A stretch of 64,000 bases of DNA from Camelus dromedarius (Eukaryota), in assembly GCF_036321535.1 (NCBI RefSeq), contig NC_087436.1, positions 106,208,001-106,272,000 on the forward strand, in the 5' to 3' direction. This document shows, one piece after another, positions 11,863 through 24,030 of this stretch. The notes under the pieces were generated by a model. The model saw only the letters and a program-made list of their open reading frames with translations. It had not been told where the DNA came from and searched no databases. A program made the translations under genes and the position numbers. Within the stretch, counting starts at the first letter, position 1; each line of letters opens with the position of its first letter.

Positions 11863-14789
11863 CTTAGCCCACCTACCAACCACATTCCCATTCTAATTCC
11901 CTCCTATTTGGAAATTCTTGAACTGTATCTGAGGTTCCCCTGACATAAGGATGTTAGTATTGGGGGTAAATGAAGATGGAAGAAATGCATCCTCGCTCCT
12001 GTCTCCACCAACGTACGTTTTATAACAGCAATGAAAACCTAGATGCATGTTACAAATATATAAACCAATTGGATAGCTTTTAATAATCTTCAAAGAATCT
12101 GGTGGTTGGTAAAGTCAATTTTCATGAGTCTTCGAATTTATATTTATTTGTGCCTGAGGGGTCTCTGGAAATCTCTCCTCTCCTCTGTTCTAAGCCTTTC
12201 TCCTCCTCTGAGGTGACTTTGGCCCCCATTGTGATTCCTTGCCTGGTCAAAAAGAGTCTTAATACTCTCTAAGCTGAACTGAAAAATAACTTGTGACAAA
12301 GTGTTAGAAGATAAAGCTTTAGGCTACCTTTCCTAAGAGTATTTGCAATTTCATAGACAGTGACAGAAAAGTTTTTAAAACCAAAAGATATGACTGGTGG
12401 AATTTTAGCCCCATGGCAATCTACTGGGGGTTGAGGAGGAAGTGGGAACAATATTTCCAGTCTACCATATAGTCTATTTCTCATTCATTCATCCTACTCA
12501 TAAGATCTACCTTCCCACTCTACTCATTAGTCCATTGGTTATTACTTCTGAGGGCTTATAATTTTCAGATAGTCTTTAAAGTAATCTATTTTAAGAAAGT
12601 ATTTCATAATTCATCTCTGTTGTGTGTAACTTTTGCTAAGGCAACACTCTGTGTCTCTCGGTCTCTCAATATCCAAGATCTCACAGAGTCAGGAACAGTA
12701 TATAAACATACTGGAAGGGGAAATATTATTTTTATATTAAATTGGGAAGGATGATGTATGGAATGTCTTTACCTGGTCGGACTTAGATTTGATTCTTCTC
12801 AAATCAGCGACAGATTCATATGTAGAGAAAAATTGTGGTTCTCATCTGTATGTTGTTTTTTATTACATTATTTTGCTTCAGGCTCAAACATATCAAAGTA
12901 ACTCAGACACTGTGGATGAAATCATCTGATTTCCATCAATATATGTCTGCTAAATCCTTTCGATTATAGGCAGTGGGTATTATCACACAGTTATAGGAAG
13001 ACATGGTAATGCCATGCAGTAATTAATTGGCCTCTGTGTGGCTCAGATTTATACAATGTTTAATGTTCACAGTTACAGCCAGGCTGTTTCTTACTTAAGT
13101 GATATAAGTAGATTTAGGTATTGAAATGGATTCTGTTTCTTGGTTTGAATATTTGAGTCAATTGGTTTCTATCTCTGTTCATTAGGAGCAAGTTAAGAGA
13201 AAGTCCTTTCTGGTTTACCATTTTATTTTCTTTTTTAAATCATGGAAGCCTTCTTATTGCATACAATTGAAAATGGTTGTTGACTGATTAATCATATAAA
13301 CTGATTAAGTTGGGGGATCATAAATCATGTACATACCCAAAAATTTGACTTTTGCTTAAAATCCATAAATACACATTTATCCACTAGTATATTGCTGTGG
13401 GGCCAAGGCCTTTTCTCTAGGTTAGCAGTCCACAGAGTGGAGTTCTGGGGGCTTTTTTGTTTGTTTGTTTGTTTAAGTTATATCCCTAGAGGAACCTCTG
13501 TAAATTCCAGTTTCAATTTCTTCAAAGTGAATTAAGAGTTTTAAGGCAGTGACCAGTCACCTGAGTAGCGTATCTGTGTAGATTTTTATAATCCCTGCCC
13601 CCACAACAGCAAAATTTTTAAAGCGATTTTTCTTTCCAAAGCATTTGACTAGTTTCATGAAAGCAGCAACTGCCTTTCCATTGAAACTCATATTTTATAG
13701 ATATACTATTTAATTAAATTATGTAATTGCATTAATGGGCACCACTGGTATAAACAGGATTGGGAACAAACACAAGTGAATCTTGGTAAGCATACAGTTC
13801 AGCTACATGGGAGCCAAAGTACATAGATGTACAAGAAAATATTCTCCTAGCTACAGTGTTCTATTGGCCACAGTTCTGTGGGCATCACTGTAGTTTGGTT
13901 TAGATATTTTACAAAGGGAATGGTAAGCATTAATTATTCCAGTGAAACAGTGGAATGGAAACCAACATTCTATTTTTTTCCTTTCCAAAATAAGACTACG
14001 TTGCCAGAGTTCATCTTTTTCAGATTTCTCACTTTTATGACACCTGTTTTCATTTGTTTCTTTGTTTTTACTTTGTTTTGTGAGGGTTAATGTACAGACA
14101 CCTCTGCCGTTGCACATTTGATACATTTATTATAGATTTTTTGTGAAGCAAATTTCTAAAGGTAAACACCTTACTCTTAGCTTCTAATAAAAAATGAGCA
14201 AAAACAGAAGTAAAAGTTTTTGGGAAAATGTCTTGGAAAATTTCATTGGGAATGGATGGAAATGGAGAATGTAGAATAAAGTGGCTGGTAGGAACTCATA
14301 AAAATTCTAGCCCAGGTGTTTGACAGTGGCAGTGTGTACAAAGCCCTGTTAGTGGGTGAAGGACCATCAGTTTCTCCCATGCCTGGGGACTCCTTGGCTC
14401 TGTACTTATATTCATCAATGTCCCGCTGCTCTCCCCACCCCAAGCTTTCTTTCATTTTCTCTTCTAGACCAAATATCTGCATCCTGGAGAGCAGGTTAAA
14501 GTGCCCTATTTTACCATCATAGACCACTGTGGAATGCATAGCGTAAGTGACTGGGAAACCCCTTAATTTTTAGTTCTTTGATTCTTAAAATGAAGTAACC
14601 CATTTTTAGTCTATAAATTAGAGGAATTTTCCTTAAAATCAAGAGAGAATTGATGCATTTTGTATAGGTATTTCCTTTTTTATTTTTTCATGTAACTTTT
14701 CCTTAAGGAAAATGTTACAAATTCTAAAACTGTTCCATATTAGTCAGCATATTTTTAACAAGCTGCTTATCTTGAGGGAAAAATAATGA

Positions 14790-15056
14790 TTTGCTGGCAA
14801 CCCTTGGCTTGTAGATGCATCACCCCAATCTCTGCCTTCATCTTCACGTGGCATTCTCTCTGTGTGCTTTTGTCCTATGTCCACATTTCCCCTTTTTGAT
14901 AAGAAAGCCAGTCATTTTGGATTAAGACCCATCCCAAATTTATTTTGGCTTGGATACCTATGTAAAGACCCTATATCCAAGTAAGATCCCCTTCTGAAGT
15001 ATTAGGGGTAGGATTCCAGTCTATTTTAGGGGGAGGACACAATTCAACTCATAACA
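14790..15056 (-). mobile_element. MLT1 (B/C-like) LTR fragment
   Basis: ccttggcttgtagatgcatcaccccaatctctgcc...gggaggacacaattcaactcataaca. Confidence 0.88.
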
Positions 15057-15689
15057 TAGGGCATAGTTTTTAGCATTTGCATTTGCAAAATATTTTTTTA
15101 AAAAAGACTCTCCCAACAGTGTTTCAAAGCAGGTTTGAGTTTGTGTCTTGAGATGTCAGTGTTGCAATCTGCTTTCCTTACACTTTAGTTTTTATAGTTG
15201 AACCTTCCTTTAATAGAAATATTTACAAAGAAAGAAACAAAATGAAATATTTTTTGATTGCTTGATTTAAGAATAGGGAATAAAAGCTATGCTATTTAAT
15301 AAGCTTCTATATTCATGTGTTTACATTTTGAAGACGTGTACTTTATTTTATCAGTAGTGAATTCATCCTTGAACTACATTTAGTATTTGATGCTTCATTT
15401 TGTTTTCATTAATTTCCTTGCTAAATGATAAGTGGCATTAAAGTCATGCTATTCTGAGTTTGCTTTCTGAGACAGAGTGACGCTGCATTATTGAACACTT
15501 TTATCCTTTCTTTTTAAAATTCCTATTTCTACATCATCTAGGGAAATTGCCACACTTAATGCTACTATTTTATGAGCAGGAAAAACCCAGGCTGTAAAAG
15601 AAGGAGGAAACAGTGGAATATGTGGGATGTGGGTAGAACAGACTGGCTTGTAACAGGATTTATTTAAAATAATATTGTGACTTACTCGA

Positions 15690-16270
15690 TGCTTGTGACA
15701 GTGCTCTAGCAAGATTATTTCATTTGATGCTTACAACAACTCTATGGTAAGGACAGTGTTTTGGTCAGGGTAGGTTAGGTTATGCTGTGAAAACAAACAA
15801 TCCCGGAAGCTTATTTCTTGTTCCCATAATGCCTGTGGTTGGTCCAGGTGACTCTCCAGGACAATTGTTCTCCATGAGTTGGTTCAGCCTTCTAGTCTGT
15901 TTTGATGTTAAGGTGCTCTTATCAACACATGCAGCCACTGCAGTAGGGGAGAGTTGGCTTAAAGTCAAGTGCTGATGATTAAGGCCTCCCCCTGAGAAGT
16001 GATACCCATCACTTTTCTTACATTTTATCGGCCAAAACAAGACATGTGGTTATGGCTAATTTTAAGGAATTTAAGGAAATGCAATCTTACTATGTGCCTG
16101 CAACAGATGGGAATCAGATACTCATGAACAATAATATGCTTGAAACAATACCACCTCCCTTTTCCAAATGTGGAAACCAGGGTCCAGAAAGGTTAGGGGA
16201 ACTGCCCAGGGATACAGAACTAGATAGTGATGCAGCTGCTACTGAAACCTCTGTCTGATTTCAAAGACTA
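15690..16270 (-). mobile_element. MIR split by an older-type MLT1 LTR (LTR about 15762-16135)
   Basis: MIR ttacaacaactctatggtaagg; LTR tggtcagggtaggttaggttatgctg...; MIR resumes ccttttccaaatgtggaaaccagggtccagaaaggttag. Confidence 0.7.
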
Positions 16271-16824
16271 AGTTCAACTACTTTGTGTACGGCCTTTCAT
16301 AAGAATAGATTCAACTACCTTGAAGATGGTGTGATTCAAATGTTAAAACTAATTGCCCCAGTTTTCCTTATGGAGTCCTGTCGGTAAGGATTTAGAGGAA
16401 ATGGGGAAGAACCAGGTGATTGGTGAGGCTTCCTTTGAGTCTAGTCTCTGGGGAAATTTTCTGGACCCTTTCTCCTCTGTGCTTTCTCTCTTACCCTTCG
16501 GGGTAACCTCTGAAGAAGCATCTGAATATTCCCAATAAAAGAGAGGCGCCAAGCCAGTAAAGGAAAGATTTTGCATTTCTTTGCTTTGCTAGAAGTGAGG
16601 TAGAAGGTATATAGTCTTGTAATTATTAAAAGGATAACAATGGCGAGTTATGCTTGTGTGGCAATTTGTAGCCGACAAAACACATTCATGTATATATAAC
16701 CTGAAAATGACAGCAAACCTAAATGTACTAATTGACACTGATGCCCTATCAGTGAGGTGCGATGGTCAAATGAGACCTGGGGCAGCATCAGTGAAAGAGA
16801 CTGACTGGCATGAAGCAGGGATTG

Positions 16825-17040
16825 GGAACACGGGCCTTGGGGTCAGATCTGGGCTACCTCCTGGCCCATCACCTAGGCAAACAGCTTTGTCTCCCTTGGG
16901 TTTTTCATCTGTAAAGCAGGAGCAAAATGATGACTTCAGGGTATGTTCTTAAAGGATAAATGAGGTGAGGTTAATAAAGCATTCAAAGTACCAGGTATGT
17001 AGGTCCATACTCAGTAAATACTGGCTGATCGTATTATTAT
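16825..17040 (+). mobile_element. MIR SINE
   Basis: ttttcatctgtaaagcaggag...aaggataaatgagg...tactcagtaaata. Confidence 0.75.
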
Positions 17041-17149
17041 GGTGGTGGTTACTGCGGGGATTTAAAAAATAAGACATGGGGTTATGAGGCTCTATGTGCA
17101 ATGGTAGATCGTAGTGGGGAATCTTACAATCACTTCTGGAATATGAGAA

Positions 17150-17560
17150 TCACTATCACTAGGGATAGTGGAATCTATTTTGAGGCTGGCATGCCAGGAT
17201 GGAGAAATTACCTGAAACTTATCTTTCCATGATGTGCTGAAGAAACTAGCAAGTTCTAACTTGGCTAAGAGACACTTAAGCAGAGGCTTGAGAGCATGGG
17301 CTGCTGCTGTGTTTGGATCGCTGAAGGGTTGTCCTACAGAATAGGCTTTAGAATTCTTTATGAAATTAAGAAATAGTACAGCGAGGGAAGTTGCAGGGAG
17401 AAGGGTGTCAGTTCATTTTGGGAGAAAACAATCAACCATGGACCAGGACTGGCTTGGGAGGTAGCGCGTTGGCTGTCATTGGCGGTAGGAGCACTGTTCG
17501 TATGGGTATTGGCAGGATCTTGGGGATTCCGGCATCAGCTAAGTGATTAGATTAGAGAAA
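17150..17560 (+). mobile_element. L3/CR1 LINE 3' remnant
   Basis: ctgaagaaactagcaagttctaacttggctaagagacact...ctgaagggttgtc...gggaagttgcagggagaag. Confidence 0.55.
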
Positions 17561-17599
17561 CCTTAATTGATACTCAATCCTCAGTTTTGTGATTCTAAT

Positions 17600-17770
17600 T
17601 CTGGGCACTCAATGGAATCATCCAGTGGGATTTTTACCAGCTGTAACAGTGTCTCGGGCCCCATTCCTACCAATTAAATCAGAATCCCTAGGGAGGAGGC
17701 TCCTGTGACAGTGTTTTCACAGATCTTCCCAGCTGATTCTATTGTGCCACCAAATTCGATGACCACTGTT
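17600..17770. mobile_element. MER5B-type hAT MITE
   Basis: caattaaatcagaatccctaggg...cttcccagctgattctattgtgc...gaccactg. Confidence 0.75.
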
Positions 17771-18265
17771 TTAACGGAAAGGAAGTAGATGCAGTTGGCA
17801 CTAGCCCCAGCTGCATGTCTCAAAACTACAGGTAATCAATTCTGAGCAGCAGGAGAGAGTATCATTCTGTGTGAGAAATAGTAATGAAACAGGACAGAGT
17901 TTGGTTGGGCTTGGCTTTGTTGAGCCCCCAGGATTGAGGAGTTCATCCAAGCTGATGTCTCTTGTCATTTTGGCTAAGTTTGGGGAAAGGGTTGAGGTCC
18001 ACGGTCAGCTGAAGTGCCTGCCACAGAACTCCCTATGCGGGGGACCCAGGGACTATAGATGCTCAGGATTCAACTATAGGAATGAGTCCATTTTCTCCCA
18101 AAGGAACTTGCTGTTCATGTTTACTGGCTGCTGAGTGATTCATACGGCACTGGGGGAGATGTGCTCAAATGAAACGTGTTGCTTCTATGTAAAGTAGCTT
18201 ATTTCTTCCAGGATACTCTAGCCCACTGATGCAGCCCTGCAGAATAATGCAAATTCTGCTGTGAC

Positions 18266-18300
18266 TGTGTGTGTGTGTGTGTGCGCGCGTGCGTGTGTGT
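18266..18300. repeat. (TG)n(CG)n alternating purine-pyrimidine tract
   Basis: tgtgtgtgtgtgtgtgtgcgcgcgtgcgtgtgtgt, 35 bp uninterrupted alternation. Confidence 0.97.
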
Positions 18301-18592
18301 TTTGGGATGAGGAAAGACGGGAACGCACATAGAAATGCACATTTCTAGGTCATAGAGCATGCCTTCACACTTCCCTCGTCTGACCTTTATGCCAGAAGCA
18401 TAAGAATGACCCATTGTCCACTGGCCCTGGAGCTCGGTTGTTCCTAATCTCTGGACGCTCAGTGGCTGAGCTGGCCTCCTGCCTGGCCAGTTGGCAGCTG
18501 TCAGGGTAGCCCCGTGTATCCCAAATTTGTTCCCGCGTGGCTTCTTCCTGCCTGATCCCTCATCCTCTGGCATGGCATTTTCTCCATGACAG

Positions 18593-18689
18593 TCTGCCCC
18601 TGAACTGCCCTCGCTGCCGCTTTGGTAAAGGCTTGCACCGAAAGAGTAACAGCCACTGGCGAATCCAGTTTGTGTAAGCAGCATCAGCA
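18593..18689 (+). other. PPARGC1A: 5' UTR part of exon B5 (acceptor-defined exon 18593-18758, 166 nt)
   Basis: Pyrimidine-rich run ending ttttctccatgacAG at 18591-18592. No upstream ATG in 18593-18689. The 5' boundary is inferred from the acceptor only. Confidence 0.6.
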
Positions 18690-18758
18690 ATGGATGAGAC
18701 CTCCCCCAGGCTGGAAGAAGACTGGAAAAAAGGACTTCAGCGAGAAGCGAGCTGGCAG
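18690..18758 (+). CDS. PPARGC1A: Coding part of the brain-specific alternative exon B5 of PGC-1alpha (23 aa, MDETSPRLEEDWKKGLQREASWQ), expected to splice in phase 0 to exon 2 (outside the window)
   Basis: ATG at 18690 in strong Kozak context (gcaATGG). In-frame TAA at 18675-18677. Exactly 23 codons, then CAG|GTAAGT (18759-18764). Peptide matches the recalled human B5 N-terminus MDETSPRLEEDWKKVLQREAGWQ at 21/23. Canonical exon 1 also ends in phase 0. Confidence 0.9.
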
Positions 18759-20839
18759 GTAAGTGATGTCCTCAGCTTCAGACGGACCCAAATCTCTCTC
18801 TCAACTCTTAGCCCAAGTCTGGGTAATTCACATCAGTCTGTTTGCACAAATGCATTCTCTGCAGGCACGTCCATTTGGGAAAAAGTCATCATTAATTCCC
18901 GTTTCTTTGTAAACCATGCAAATAAGACTCCAAGTGAATTCCTCTAGATTCTTGAGCAAGCTAATGGAGTTTTACAAATCTATAGAGGTTGCTAAATTTA
19001 TACTTTCTTAATAAAGGCCCTTGAATTAACAAGTTGCAGGTGTATATCAAAGGAAATGTGGAGATTTGGTTTGTGTGAGTATAAGTTCATTGCGATATAA
19101 AAATTTAATACAACACCTGTCATCAGACATACATTATGGTGTTATAGGAGCTTGGAATAAGGGGCTTGGTTTTAACCTATTTTAATGAGGTGACCATTCT
19201 TTTAATGCAGCTTGCATGCCTTTCTTATTTATGCCGAACCCATAATAGGTAGAAGCTTGGTGGTATGCAGAAAGTTCGAGCTAAAGGATTCATTTTGGTG
19301 TAGAGGCAGTTTTCATTAAAATATGCAAAGCAGTAATGTTTATATGTTACAATACCTATTTCAAATTAGCAAAATTATATGCTCCTGCCTCGTAAGCTGC
19401 CAACTGAAATCCCTTCCTAAATCCTGCTGAATGGCTTTGATTACTCTTCTTCACATTACACATTACACACCTCTAATGCATATTTTTACGCATCCACTCC
19501 ATTGCCATTTAATTAGACAACAATATTGAAGAGCGATGCCAGAGCTTTTTTTTTTTTTTTTTTTCTCATGCTGCTGCCTTATGGAAAAAAGAACACTTCC
19601 GTGCATGAAGCATTTCTTATGGGTGGTGTTGGATAAAGTGAAACTGTGATTTTTCCATTTCGTCTAGAGCAGAAAGTTTCCTATAAAAATGGTGATTCAA
19701 GATGAGTTGATTTTCAGCCTCATTTTTAAAAAATAATTCTCCATTTTTTTTTTATAAATGGAGAAACTCTTTTCAGAAGATTTCTCCTTTGCCATAGAGA
19801 TTTTATTGAAATGTAGTACTGATATTGACAGGTATATTCTGTTCTAAGCAATGTGATGTTAAGTAAGGTGCTTCGGAAAAACATCCTCCAGCCTGTCATG
19901 GAATTGGAGTCCTTCCACTTTGAGTGGGAGTGTTATTTAGGAAGCAGGAAAGCATACACATGAATCTTGGCATGCTTCTTTGAGAACATCACATGGTAGG
20001 TCCCCAGGGGGTCTAAAGAGATATTCAGATATTTTATGGCATGTTGATGTGACTTTTCGATTTTTTGTCTTTTGTTTATGTTTTCCTTTAGAAAGTTGGC
20101 ATCTTTTACACAGTCTTCCTTTCAAGGGAGGATGAAGGGAGGAAGGATGTGAGGAGATGACTCAGAGATCTCTGTGGACAAAATATTTAAACTAGGAACA
20201 TGAAATCCAAATGTTCTTGAGAAAAAGCATGTGTCCTATAAGGGTTAGCATCCCGGGAACCTTTGGCTTAGTGATTTCCCAAAAGGCAGACAGTGAAAGT
20301 GTTCTCCAGGCTCCTGGCCTCCAAAGATGTGATCCTCTACCAGTTGACTCTTGCCACTGATGTTATGGTAACTGAAGCTCTCCCTGTAGCTGCTAGAGGT
20401 ACTGGTTTTGGAAAGGGCATCCTCCCTGACTCTGGGTCATGCCTGGCACTGTGGGTCACAGTGTGTCAGTCCCTGCTTCACTGCTTCTGGTGCTCTGCCC
20501 GCACTCTCCAGCCATCTGTGTCACCGTGCTGGGTCCTCACATCCACAGAGTCACCCCATTTCAGCCAACGCTCAAGCTGTCCCTAAAGGAGGAAATGAAA
20601 TCTGATGGCATTTGTTGTAAGACCTTTGTCGTGAGAGTGACTTCTTTTGGTTATTCATGGTAGTGATGGAGTTGGGGACATATTAAAAACAAATCATGAC
20701 TGAAACTGAAGCTTCAGTTTAACCAAGTACTACGTCTTGATCCAATACTTTTTTACCTAGCTACTATTTACCAAGCAGTGCTAGAGTTTGTGTGTGTTTG
20801 TGTGTGTGTGTGTAAACAAACATACATACACACTCCAAT

Positions 20840-20990
20840 CTTCCTAAGAAGCCTAAAAGGTGGATATGACTACCCGCATTTTATAGATAAAGAAATTAAG
20901 ACTCAAGGAGGTTACATAACCCGTCCAAAGCCATCCAGTATTCAAATCCATTCCTGTTTGGCTCCAGTGGTGGTGCTCTTCCCACTTTGA
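20840..20990 (-). mobile_element. MIR SINE
   Basis: cattttatagataaagaaattaagactcaaggagg. Confidence 0.7.
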
Positions 20991-21189
20991 CTGCTTTACC
21001 GTCTGAACTGAATTTTATCTCATTTTTTATCTCGTGGAATAATAGCTTATGAGCAGCTGTGATGTGGGCAGGCAGGAAGAAAGAGGAAGAAAACAAAAAA
21101 GCATGACAATCTTCTAATGGAATAATCAATTTCTGAATCATTAAGATTTTAATAAAATGTTTTTTGTAGTTTATTTTTTAACCCTTACT

Positions 21190-21385
21190 CTCTTCCAGGC
21201 TCTAAGCTACATTTTTAATTCTTACAAGTACTCTGACAGACAGATATTATTTAATCCTATTATACAGATGGGGAAACTGAGGCTCAGCAGTGTTAAGGAA
21301 CATGTCCAAGGTCACACAGCTACATTATCATCTGAGATGATAAAAAGGGATGTGGACCCACTCAGACTGGCCCCAAAGCCCCAAG
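21190..21385 (-). mobile_element. MIR SINE
   Basis: tatacagatggggaaactgaggctcagcagtgttaagg...ccaaggtcacacagcta. Confidence 0.9.
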
Positions 21386-22029
21386 GCTGCCTCTCAGAGT
21401 TTATTTTCAGATTACAGATTGATCATACATATTTTAACTATCTCATCTCACCATGATGTGATGACATCTGGTCCCTGAGAACTCCCCTGATAGTTTTTTT
21501 TTTTTTTAATAAGTTAAGATTTGGGCAAAAATGCCTTGCTCCCTCATTTTTCCAGAATGTATTTTAATTGGATGCTGTTTGCCTTAAATGAACCAGCTTA
21601 CCCATGGAGTTGGAAATGAACTGGATGCAATTTCTAGAATCAACTATAAACCTAAGAATCCATTTAAGAATATAACCTGTACTGAAAAACCAAGAGCAGA
21701 GTTAATCTCTGGTCTCACATAGCCCATTTCATCTCTGGGAGAAGTTGGGAACCAAGATGGCAGTGACTTAGGCCACCAGGTAACCATCTGACTCCTGGCA
21801 AAGTTACTAAAGGCTGCTTCTTAAACCGAGCTGATCATGCTTGAATGGGGCGTTGGAGAGAAGGTGGGAGGAGGCACTGATGCTTCATTGTTCTGGGCAA
21901 TGGTCAGTTGTAAGACATTATAGAGGGGCAAAGGACTCATTTCTTCTAATGAGGTAATGTTTTATCTTGGGATGGTCCCCTTTAAGATCGCAGTGTGGCC
22001 ATTGTGAATTCGTCTATCAATACTGTCTG

Positions 22030-22160
22030 CCTGTACCTGTCTCCCCCACCAGAAGATGAATTCCTAAAGGGCAGAGATGCATCTTGTTTGCCTGTGTCTC
22101 TGCCCTTAGCACTGAGCCTGTCACGTGCTTAACCCTGGTGATGTTTGCCTAACTGTAGGG
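22030..22160 (+). mobile_element. L2 3' end fragment
   Basis: ctgtctcccccaccagaagatgaattcctaaagggcagagatgcatcttg. Confidence 0.7.
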
Positions 22161-22449
22161 AATTGCCAATTTGATCTGGAAGAAAGCTAAGATGTAATGT
22201 GGCCCCAAGGCCCTGATTTTACACTTGAAGAACCAAGGCTGAGGAAGGCTAAGTGACTGCCCTGAGCTCGACTGCTGGTTAGTGAGGAGCAAAAAGTGTG
22301 CACCCCCTGTTTAGCTTTCTTCCTTTTCCCTGGATTGCTTCCCCATAAACTTCCTAGGTCTCAACTCTCCCATCTGTAAAATCGGAGCTAGAATATATTA
22401 CCTGTGTCTGTTTAGATGCCTCTGTTTATCACAGTATCCCTGTCTGGGC

Positions 22450-22715
22450 ACGAGCAATAGCATAAGGGTTGAGAACATGGGATCTAGGGCCAGACTTCTG
22501 GGTTCTAACCTTGGTGTTGCCCATTTCTAACTGTGTAACACTGGTACAGTTTCTAACCTCTCTGTGCTTCAGTTTCCTCACCTACAAAATGGAGATAATT
22601 ATCCTAGCTACCCTATAAGTTGTTGTGAGGATTAAATGAATCGAGTTATGAAAAGAACTTAGAAGAACCCATCAGTAAGTACCGTTTAGTGACCCACAGT
22701 GCTCACTATACATGT
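22450..22715 (+). mobile_element. MIR SINE, near full length
   Basis: ctctgtgcttcagtttcctcacctacaaaatggagataat...gttgtgaggattaaatga. Confidence 0.92.
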
Positions 22716-22939
22716 CAGCTGCTCTGTATCCATCCTCTGTTTAGTGAGATCAGCCATTCAATGTTTTCTTGAATGGGTATCATGTGCAGAGCACATCCAC
22801 ACTTAAGTGAATGAGAAGGTGACCAGAGACATTGCCTTTGAACTTGAGGGGTCATGGTGGAGAGAGCACAGCAGGTCCTTATAGGATGTCCTAGCCACAG
22901 AATGTTCCATGTGTCACGGACGCACAGAGGAGCGGCCTT

Positions 22940-23560
22940 CCATCTGCCTAAGGGGTTGCATGGGGGAGGTAACCTGGCGCTAACTAAACAAAGAGAAGGA
23001 CTTAAGCCAGACAAAGAGCTAGGAAGAGTGTTTAGGCCAAGAGAGAGAACACGTCAGGGACAGGAAGGACAGAGTCTCCAAAGTATGTGTCGAGCAGCCA
23101 GTGTCCTTTGGTGCTGGCCTTTCAGGGTGAGGCAGGAGTGGTGATGAGTCTGAAGGAGCAGGAAGGAGAAAGTTCCTGTGTGGTCAGACCAAACAGCTTC
23201 AAATGGCAGTGGACAGCCACAGATGGGTTTTAAGCAGAGGCATGACATAGAAATCAACATTTTTTTAAAAAGACATATCATTCTGGCTTCAGTGTGGAAG
23301 ATAAATTAGACTGTAATCAGACTAGAGGCCAGAAACCCAGCTAAGAAGCTGCTTCAGTGAGGGCTGGCTGGACCGTGGAAATAAGATGGAGATGGAAGGT
23401 TAGATTCCAAAATATCTAGAAGACACCAGCCTCTGGATTTGGTGATTGATTGATGCAGGGAGTGAGGGTGTGGAGACTCGAATGGCTCTTTAGGGTGGCT
23501 AGGTGGGTATCAGTGACATCATCTGAAAAGAGATCGCTGGAGAGGAAGATGGTTTTTGGG
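22940..23560 (-). mobile_element. L2 LINE fragment
   Basis: gggttttaagcagaggcatgacat...atcattctggcttcagtgtggaagata...ggatttggtgattgattg. Confidence 0.8.
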
Positions 23561-23869
23561 CTCATGATGGTGGGGGCAATAACTAACGTAACAGTGGAGG
23601 AGAGTTAGAGAAATATGAATATGAATCCTATAGTATTTTATACCAGCAGGCTAAACAAAACCCTGTGAGGACTCAGAAAACCCAGAGAAGGTGAGAATAT
23701 CAGGGATATGACCAAGAGCTTGCAGCCAGAGAGCCTCAATTTGTAGATGAGGAAGTTTCAGAGAGGTGAGGATCACCTAACTAGTCCGTGGAGCCTAGAC
23801 CAGGCGGGCCCAGTGCCCAGCAGGTCTGTGGGAAACCGTAGGCCTGGAAACTAGAGGGCCTGACTGGGG

Positions 23870-24030
23870 AAGGCCTATTGGACTCAGATGTGTGGCCTCA
23901 GGCAAGTCCCTTTTCTCTTTCTCTCATATGTTTCCTCCTCTGTAAGATGGGAAACACCACTTCCCAGGTAAAAATTTACTGAAATAATGTGTGTTTGAAA
24001 ACATTGTGTCTGATGTAAAGCATTCTATAA
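23870..24030 (+). mobile_element. MIR SINE
   Basis: tgtggcctcaggcaagtccc...tgtttcctcctctgtaagatggg. Confidence 0.7.

Noticed and set aside
18759..18947. Remainder of the 85-aa ORF 18690..18947 (VSDVLSF...)
   Set aside because: Read-through into the intron past the perfect donor; similarity to the known peptide stops at Q23.
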